A DNA stretch of 64,000 bases from the NCBI RefSeq assembly GCF_026571515.1, contig NW_026857187.1, forward strand, positions 1 through 64,000. Direction: 5' to 3'. This DNA is from Ruditapes philippinarum (lineage: Eukaryota). Below, in pieces: positions 55,008 to 64,000 of this stretch. The position numbers and the translations under genes are program-made. The notes under the pieces were generated by a model, which did no database searches, was not told the DNA's origin, and worked only from the letters and a program-made list of their open reading frames with translations. How positions within the stretch are numbered: the stretch's first letter is position 1; every line of letters starts with the position of its first letter.

Positions 55008-57039
55008 TCAAGACTTTGTTAAATCTGTTTCTATGTTCATGTCAGTTTTTCTGTCTCTCTTGTTATGTGCATTGTTCTTTTCAGAATCAATTTCTACTGA
55101 CTCCTCCTCCTCTTCATTATCATCCTCGTCATCGTCATCATCATCCTCGTCGTCGTCTTCATCGTCGTCATCTTCATCACCCTCATCATCATCAGAGGGA
55201 TATCCTCGTATAAATGCCCTCACATCAAGACCGTTGCATTCCTCTTCTAGGCCTTCTATGCCAGTTTTACCAACCAGAATGTAATCTAGACCCTGAAATA
55301 AAATGTACTTATGTTATAACAGTGAACATGTTTAATATTAAATACATGTATACAAATTTGGAATAGTCCATTATTAATGTAAAGGGTAATATTTAAGGTC
55401 ATGTTGTAGCTATTACTGAAAGAGTAAGACCCAATAAAACCCTCAATGTATCATTTACTGTAAAGGCATCACTCATGAGCCTGCTAAACCATGCTTATTA
55501 TAAACCACTAACCATTTAACTTTGCTGGAACTAAAACTGATTTTGCAGCACAATCAAACTAGGCTCTATACTGTTGGCTGACAAACATTCAATTTTCATC
55601 TTGATACCCTAATATTACTTATAATGGACAAATCCAAAAAATGTCAATTGATCAAGTCAGAATGTTAACTTAAGGTTTAAAAAAGGTACCAAGTCTTGAA
55701 GTTGGATTAAAATCCATGGTGGCTATTGAAATATGCTTCTATAATGAAAACATTTAAGTTTATTTAACATAAGAAAAATAATTGATAATTTAAGCCCGAA
55801 ACAATTCATTTTCATCAATTAACACAATTTTATTCATTTACAAAAAATAATTATAAAGTTTGGTAATAATTTGGCTTAAACAGCATGCATGCAATGAATA
55901 TTTCAGAAAAAAGTAATTTCAGCAATACATAAAGTTCTTTCAAATGAATACAAGGCAGGTATAATAAGACTGTTTAAAAATTTCTTTAACAAGGAAAGAT
56001 GCTATTAAGAAGAGCTGTCCGTAAGACAGTGAGCTCGACTATTCTCAGTGCTTTAGAGTAAGAAAAGGGGCACAACCCTATAAAAAAGGTAACTTAGAGT
56101 TATTGGACCTGTGCCAATCATTTTAGATAATCACAGAGAATAGTGTGTGAAGTTTCAATCCATTTCATTCAGTAGATTTTGAAAAACTTAACAAAAATTT
56201 GACAGTGATGCCAACACCAAAGCCAGGGTGATAACAGTAGCTCTTCCTTTTCATTGAATAGCCGTGAAACAATTGAAAATGATAAAAAGAATTAACACTG
56301 TGTTTACCTTCCAATGGTCAGGTTTATCCTGTATTGCATTATCCCGTAGATCAAATTTTGTGAGCTTCGCCAGAGCTAGAAGTGTATCATCACTTACAGA
56401 CATCACCTCATTTCCTGTCATATGTAATGACATCAACTCAACACAGTCTGTTAAACACTCTGGTATTGATGAAAATTTGTTCCTATTTAAATCTAAATAA
56501 ACTAATGACTTCAGATTTGAGAATTGTTTAGGAAGTGAGTCTAATATGTTATTTGCAAGGCAACACCATCGTAACATTTTGAGATCACCAAATGTTGACG
56601 GTAATGATGTCAATCTATTCCCTTTCAAGCTCAGAGTTTGTAGACTAGAGAGACATCCAATCTCTTCTGGAATATTGATAAATTCACATTCAACAAGCCA
56701 CAAATGTGTCAATGAAGTAAGCTGACCTATTTCTGGGGTCAAAATATTCAATGGATTATGACAAACACTGAGAAGTTTTAAATTTGTCAACTTTGATATT
56801 CCTGTTGGTAGCATGGTGAAGTTATTGTTGTCTAAAGTTAACTCCTCTAATTGGACTAGGGTCATGATCTCTGAAGGTGGCATCAATAGCTTGTTATCAT
56901 TAAGTAATAGTTTCTTCACTTTACATAGCTGATGTATATTACTTGGTAAAATCGTCATATTTCTGTTACTCAGATTAAGTAACTCTCTTTCATTTGCTAT
57001 GGCTTTCTTCAGAAGATTCTCTATCTCCAGTAAGTCCAT
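55008..57039 (-). CDS. Leucine-rich repeat protein (~338 aa, ~9-10 SHOC2/Scribble-type 23-aa LRRs) with Asp/Glu-rich C-terminal tail
   Basis: Exon 57039-56308 has regular LxxLxLxxNxLxxLP repeats and ends AAG|gtaaac. It joins in frame (phase 0) to exon 55292-55008 (ttcag|GGT; GLDYILVGKTG...DDDEGDEDDDDEDD...). An in-frame stop upstream of the ATG at 57039 supports this start. Confidence 0.85.
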
Positions 57040-57399
57040 TCTAGAGTCATTCTAGACATGTCAACATGGTGTGGACATCATCCCTCTATCTCTGCAAACA
57101 ATTACAACAAAAGAAAATTTAAAACATATACTGTAAGTATTCTTATCACAATTTAGTCCATGGTGGTTATACCTGCCATGTTATGTTTTTTTAACTTTTT
57201 TTATCAGTGACCTACATAAAGACAGGTGTAAAGCTTTAACGAAATACCTTGAATGACTGTGAAGATCAAGCAGGTGAAGAACGAACTTACAAGCAAAATC
57301 TCAACATTCACAATGGGTAATAATTTAATAAATTTTAATAATTAAACTAAAATCTATGATAGCTTATTTGAATTTATATTGTTGATTTATATTGTTGGA

Positions 57400-57572
57400 A
57401 GAAAGACCTCATGTGTACCTTCTTTAGTTTAACCACCAACCTTTCGTAAGCTAGCTGGATATCTTCCTTTCAGGAAAGAATTGAAAGTTTCTAACAGGAT
57501 TCATACCAACAGCAGTGAGGGGCCAGTGATTTTAAGTCAGCAACCTTTAAACCACTCCGTCATGGAGGCCCT
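57400..57572 (-). mobile_element. Degenerate SINE copy
   Basis: Reverse-complement similarity to the 22983 SINE (cgtaagctagctggata; aaccactcc). Confidence 0.6.
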
Positions 57573-58499
57573 AGATCTATGGTTAAGTTATCGCCTTATG
57601 GGTCTTGGTCAGTGACAGAATAAGGGCATGAATATATGTAAAAAAATTCATGTGAGTACAGCGAATAAACTTGCTAGCGAAACAAGCAATGTTCTAAACT
57701 CAAAAGAATATGATTCTATTAAAATCTATGCTTAAGTAATGTGTCTTAAAAGTGATCTATAATAATATCCCTAAGGACATGTGTGAGATTTCAAGTGAAA
57801 AACCTTAGCAGTTCATAAGTTAATTAAGTTATAAATGCTAGAAAAAATGTAAGGAAGCAAAAGTTACACACATTCAATGCCTGGCCAAATAGAATAGTCA
57901 CATTATACTTTAAAAAGTCAATCTTGAAAATATTCACACATTTCATGATAGGTTTTATTGGAATAAAGATTCATAAATGCCTTGGTTGCACATTTTAAAT
58001 TTTTCCTTTATTAGGGATAAATAATTTATTCAGGATGTTAATGCCAGGACATAAACAAATCAAATAGCATACAAATGTATTTGGTTGATAAAAGAATTTA
58101 CAGGAATATAATCAGACAAAATCTCTTTGTTCATTCTGCCATAACCTAACTGAAGAAAGTGTTGATATAAATAAAGTTAAGATCTCAGACTTATATACCA
58201 ATATTTTTCTACAATTCCGTTTTATGAATTCTTTGAATATGAATACTGTTAAATTTAAAAACATGGCCAGAAACCACATACTGCTGATTGTAAATGTCAA
58301 GGCCACCATTTTGTGTAAACAGTGACTTTGGACTGCATGCTCGGTAAAATCAAGTTACATGTATTAAATAGGGGTACAATAACAAACTTTTAGCAAAAGC
58401 AAAAATCTTCAAGTTGAAGCAACAGTTTATTGGTGATATATTGCATATATTGACAGTTGCAAACATTGACAGTATTGTGGTGAAGTATGGTAGTGTAAC

Positions 58500-58670
58500 C
58501 GTAATCCGGAACATACGTTCCCGGAAGGTATGAGATCTAGTCCGGGCAAGACGAGGACGATTCCTAGCCGCCATCTTGGAAGAAGGTAATTTAGAACAGC
58601 AAGATAAATCCGAAGAATCTGAGAGATATAAATAGTCATCCGTACTGGGAAAGTGTTTCAAGGTAAGCAG
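58500..58670. promoter_or_regulatory. Probable CpG-rich promoter/first-exon region of the LRR gene, possibly bidirectional
   Basis: CpG-rich patch with aagatggcggc (YY1-like) on the - strand and ccggaa motifs; - strand donor gtatgt at 58516; + strand donor caag|gtaagc at 58663. Confidence 0.45.
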
Positions 58671-59076
58671 AACACTTTAGTATTTCAGGACCCCTATAAT
58701 TGACGAGATTTTTGCAACATACAAAATGTGTTGTTTTACCCACATCTAGGTAGATTTTGGGCTTCAGCACAAAGAATTGCAACTTTTATAATTCACTGCT
58801 TGACAACTGTAAATGGGATAATTTCATTAAATTTACAATGTTATGACTGTAGTGATAACAAATATTTCTTTAGCGGCGTGGTTGAGTGTCTGCCATGTAG
58901 GCCTATTCAAAAGGTTCAAGGTTTAAATCTTGGTTGTTGCCTGATGATTTTTAGCTTTACAATATCATGAATATGACATACATGTTCTCAATAAAATGTG
59001 TCTTATATTTCCATGCTGTGTAGTTTGGGATCATTATTACCAGACATATTGCCTTTATGATGATGGCAGGAACTTG

Positions 59077-59608
59077 AAATTTAGCAAACTCCTCGCAGCG
59101 GTTACTTCCCCTGATCTGTACAGTAACCACTGCCACCACAAGTAAATTCGGTCGAATATAGCCGGATATATTTTTTTCACTTTTAATTTTAAAACAGAAT
59201 ACGTTATATCATTTTAGTTTTCTTTCGTTAAATAGTTATGCTTAATGTACAAGAAAGTAAAAAATTATACGTATAAAAATTATTTTGTAAACATAACGAA
59301 AGATATTTTCACTGTGACACCGTATGCATAGTAAACAATGGCAGAATATAATCAGTTTTTGAACGATTGCACAAAAATATTTGATCCGGCACTTGTTTTA
59401 AAGTGATAACAAATTGTGTGTCTTGAACTTATTTTGTCTGGTAAGGATGTAATTATAAATCTGCCAGTTTGATATGGGATCCTTGGCGTTCTGAAACTGG
59501 CCGCCATGTTTTTGTCACATGATACAACTATCATCACGTGATTTCAGTGGTGGCAGTGGTTAAAGTAGCAAAGCGTGACGTAACCGCTGTGAGGAGTTTG
59601 GAAATTTA
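59077..59608. mobile_element. TIR MITE
   Basis: Inverted pairs aaactcctcgcagcggttac / gtaaccgctgtgaggagttt and taaccactgccaccac / gtggtggcagtggtta. Confidence 0.65.
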
Positions 59609-60359
59609 GTTTGACCAGAGGCAGAGACATGCAAAATCAATAAGCGTCCAGGTAACATTGATAATTAAATGTACATCTATATACATAATACGGTGTTTGT
59701 GTGGTGTAAATCGAGAAATCAAACCAATATTTTTGCTCACCATTTAAGAATATTGCTTGAAAATCTTGATTAGTTAAGAAAACATTCTTTTGAACAAGAA
59801 AATAATTGACTTGCAGGTAAATAATATTACGATAAAGATCGTTGCTGGGGACGCTTGAAATTTTTGTCTTGGTTAAACTCTGTTTTACCCGTATTATATT
59901 TCAGGCACTCAATTTTATTCGATGTTGGTTTGTTGATCAATATTAATATTAATAATAATCAATATTATTTAAAGTGTACATCTTGTATGATATGTGCATT
60001 GTTTGTTTATGTAAAATAAAGAATTATTGCAAAGGAAAAATTGTTCAGCTTTTTACAGGTTTCGCGTGATTAACCTTGATTACATGGAGTGATGTTTTTA
60101 AGGTAAGATAAGAATTAAGACAAGATAATCTTGATAAGTTGTCAAGGCCTAAGAACAATGCAGCATATTAAGCTTTAAGATTTAGATTGATAGGAAACGT
60201 ATATCTTTAGATTGAATGATTTGCAGAATGTATATACAGGGAACAATATGTTTAAATTGGTGCTTTTCACTAGTTCAATCTGATATGTGTAATATTGTCA
60301 ATGGTCATGAGTCACGCTCAGTGGCATATCCAAATGTTTCGGTTTAAGGTTTAAATTTG

Positions 60360-60635
60360 TTTTTTGTTTGTTTGAATTTTCAGTCCCACTGATTGCAACT
60401 TTCCAGCGTCATTGTTGGGGGAAGACCTCAAGCGCCCCCTATTTTGCCTTATTACAAGCACAAGCTGGCACTTGAGAGTAGAACCACGTACCGATTGACT
60501 TTCCGTAACCTTGCTGGTCCAGTGGATACATGTAGTTTCCTCACATTAAAGAATCTAAAAGTCCCCGCCCGGACTCGACCCCACAGTGGTTTGGGCCGAG
60601 AGGTAAGTAATGTGAAGTCGGTGAACTTAACCAAT
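60360..60635 (-). mobile_element. Degenerate SINE copy
   Basis: (tttg)n tail; ggaagacctca, gtagaaccac and cctcacattaaagaatc match the 22983 family in reverse complement. Confidence 0.65.
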
Positions 60636-61923
60636 AGGTGAATAAAATAGCTTATTGCAATTTTAAATATATTCATATCAATTATAATAAACAATGATTC
60701 TGAGGAACAGAAAAAATATAACGACACTGAAAATTCTCTTTTTATATAGAGGCAAATACGTTCAAACACTGTATCAAGACAAATGAAATAAGCTTAAATT
60801 TCAAAATATCAGTATCTTTAACAAGTTTCAAACAAAAATGTACTGAAAACCATCGAAACATTCTCCAGATCATAAAAAGCTCATGAATACAAAAAGGCGC
60901 GATAAAAGGCGACACCCAACAATAAAAAGACAGATAACATACAGAAAAGAGGAAGATACGGAGAAACATGAACAAAAAAATAATGAATACATAGATCCAA
61001 AAATACGTCTGCCAAATTATCGATAATTATTTTTTTTATTAAACACAGAGACTATTATTACAGAAATATAGCTCTGTAGTGAACAAAAATACTTCATGTA
61101 TACATATATAGTATTGTGCAACATTTTAACAGTTGCCGAACATTACTGTGACCAGAAAGAGAGATGCTAAAAACGTTAAACACAGAAATGTTCTAAAGCG
61201 TTTTCTGCAAAATTCTAGTTGATAGGTTAACGCATCACAGAAACCATAGTAATTCGATTTTATTTTCATTATCTCCCCGCAAGATTTCAAAATTAGCATT
61301 TTACAAACATAGATGTATAACATATATCATATTAACGATTTTTATCATGCTTTAATTAAAAAAAAGACACACAAAAAAACATTATGAAATAAACCTAAAA
61401 ATAAGCGACCATACAAAAATACAGCTCACAAAAGTCACGGTTTACTCGAAATAATTAGTTATTTTACATTTAAAATACATCTCTTTTAATCAAACATGCA
61501 TTAGCCATTATAATTCTTCTCGCACATGTGTATTTTCTCATATTACGCTATATACGTGAATCAGCTTCTTATACTTTTAGATTGATTTTTCGACTTTTAT
61601 TTTTTACTAACAGTCAAATCAATGGTTCCGTTGCAACTTTGTTGTGAAATTGTGTGAACAAAATATAAATACAAAGATCAAAGAAGAGCTGCGTATGTGG
61701 ACGTTCAGCCACTTAAGACTAACGGAAATGCGCCCGGTCTAGGGCGCCTAACAGAAACGCGCAAAATACGGGAAGACTAGTAACATTTCAAAATAATTTT
61801 CCATTTTAAGTCAAACCAGATATCTTGAACATCCGCTCAAACATGGATACAATACATTTTTTTGGAGGTGCGTCAATGTCTATTAATAATAGTCAATTAA
61901 GTGAGTCAATTGAAATATTTCTT

Positions 61924-62520
61924 GTTGCCCATTTTTTTTAAAGAAGGGCGATATAGAAATAACCGTCTGACGTCTGCCCCCTACATGTCTGTCCGTGTTT
62001 CACAAGTCTTGTCGGGTCCATACCACAGCCATCCATCAAGGATTATGAAATAACTTGGCACACATGTCCACCATAATAAGACAACGTGTCGTGCGCAACA
62101 CTCAAACGCCCACCTCATAGGTCAAGATCACACTTGGAGATTAAAGGTCAATTCTGTCTGATGACGGGTAAATGTCATGTCTGCAGTTAATTACTTTTAC
62201 AGCAATTCAGGGATCTTAACAAATAACTTGGCACAAATGTTCATCATATTACGAAGACTATTCATGCGCACCACCCAAACCTTTACCATGTAAGAACATG
62301 CCCACACTTAATTAGAGGCCAAAGCTTCACATGGTCTGTTATAGGGACTGTATTGTGTCCGGTCCACAACTTTTCCATTTATCAAAGGTTTTGAAAAAGG
62401 CTTGCACCATATTAATACAATTGTCGAACACAACAACAGATTCATACCATAAACACCACTTTTGAGGTCACACTATGAGTTAAATTCTTAACATGGTTTA
62501 TATTTTCCTTGTCCGGAGAT
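61924..62520 (+). mobile_element. Degenerate Helentron-type element with decayed tandem units
   Basis: gccc...gggc hairpin; gtctgtcc microsatellite remnant; repeated aacttggcaca units. Confidence 0.5.
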
Positions 62521-62778
62521 TTTTTAACTCCAATGTAATAAAATATATTCCAGTGAAACTTAAACACTAAATTTATATATAACAGTGAAATGGGTGCATT
62601 GCAATTAAGAGAGCCATAACTTTATTTTAAATAATCTCCTTTTATGAATTTAGTTTCAGTAAAAACTGCTCAAATGTATTTTTATTGACAAATTCAATAA
62701 AGTTATTTCATGAATTGATTGTGCAGATATAGCAAATATCTTGTTTTTGTACTGAAAGTCCAGAGACATCAAACTTAA

Positions 62779-63360
62779 CCCTTTACTTCATGAGCATATT
62801 GTGAAAAATGAAGACCCTCCTATTACAAGTTCAAACTGCTATGAAACTATGAAAAATGCTTCAATACTGATAAAACTTGGCACATACAATGTATGTTGAC
62901 TGAACCATAGCCTCTGTCACAGTATGCTCAATCTTAAATTTCCTGTTACCATGGCAACGGAAGGACGTCTCAAAATTGCCAAAAAACACTATTTTGCATT
63001 GTTTTTTTCCCATAAAAACTGATTTCAAAGTGCTGCAACTTCTCAATGGATTGAGATAGAGTAAAAGGCTTTTCAGCGTTTATCAAAAGTTATATTACGA
63101 CCGACCTGAGGCCATTTTAGCCTGTTACTTGTCCAAAATTTTCTTGGCGAAAAAGAGGGCACATCCCCCTTCTGGCAACCTCTTGATGTACCTTTTTGTT
63201 AACGGGCGGCGCCGAAAAAGTGATAACATTTTATCAACAATTCTCAAACGAAAAACTGTGTTTGTGGCATTTTTTTAATGTTCGAGGCCTCCAAAAAGAG
63301 AAAAAAGGGGGGGGGGGGGGGGCGAAAAGCTGTCAAAACACATCTATATGAAGTAAAGGG
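62779..63360 (+). mobile_element. Complete piggyBac-like MITE
   Basis: TTAA|ccctttacttcat...atgaagtaaaggg|TTAA: perfect 13-bp TIRs and TTAA TSD. Confidence 0.88.
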
Positions 63361-64000
63361 TTAAAAGAGATAATTTAATTTTACTAGTGTGTGCTTCTTG
63401 TGAAACTTCCCTTACCACATTGGTAACACTGTAAAATTTATTGTTGTACTAGAAAAAAGTGCAGTACAGACTACAGAGTATATTGTTTGATAGAATTCTC
63501 ATATAGAAACAGGATCTATATATTAAAATAAATATAATGAAAGTCCTTGAACGAGTCATCCATTGAAAAAAATGAAAATGTATGTTGCATATTTTTATAA
63601 TTCTACTTATTGATTATTAATTATGCCTTAATGCCAGCATCATAAAGGAGTAAAACAAGGTACGTGCATAAATTGATTTTCTCGATCTAATCCTATAATT
63701 ATAGAACGGTCTCATATTTTTAGGAACAGATTTTATCAAAGAAATTATCAATGCTACTTCCGGTTAAAAAGTAACTTCCGGTTAAGACAATTTAGACAAA
63801 ATTTATGATTTCTTAGCATTTTAGCGAATTCGATGGATTCATATGACATACTTGCAAATCAGCCTGTTGTCATAGACAATGTAAGAATCGATTAACTTTA
63901 TATTGTTGTGCAATTTTGAGAGATATTGTCTTTTATTTGACGAATGAGTCATGATCGGTTTTCTTTGATTTTTGTCTGCAGCCGCAGCTGTCATACAAAA

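Noticed and set aside
55016-55284. Poly-Ser and poly-His ORFs on the + strand
   Set aside because: Antisense readings of the acidic-tail codons of the LRR gene.
63757-63785. Tandem acttccggtt ETS-like sites as a promoter
   Set aside because: No associated exon or gene is visible in the window; too little support.

Overview
AT-rich, intron-containing animal genomic DNA. The repeat content suggests a bivalve mollusc, probably a clam (inference). The left ~39 kb is a tandem array of three near-identical + strand NLR-like genes, spaced 17.8 and 14.4 kb apart. Each has four reconstructable coding exons: a Cys-rich CXorf38/DUF4559-like (HEPN-like) N-terminal domain, a short linker, then one large NACHT-WHD-degenerate LRR exon. 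Copy 1 is 5'-truncated by the window edge and intact where visible. Copy 2 has a single in-frame TGA at a Cys codon. Copy 3 has four lesions and is a mosaic of copies 1 and 2. To the right, on the - strand, lie a complete 13-coding-exon delta-1-pyrroline-5-carboxylate synthase gene (ALDH18A1/P5CS, ~800 aa) and a two-coding-exon LRR protein with an acidic tail (~338 aa). Intergenic and intronic DNA is dense in non-autonomous elements: Helentron/pearl-type elements carrying ~166-170 bp tandem arrays, TIR MITEs and tRNA-derived SINEs. Many are confirmed by empty sites in the paralogous units. A 26-bp minisatellite follows each NLR copy. All domain assignments come from motif recognition and recall, not from database searches.
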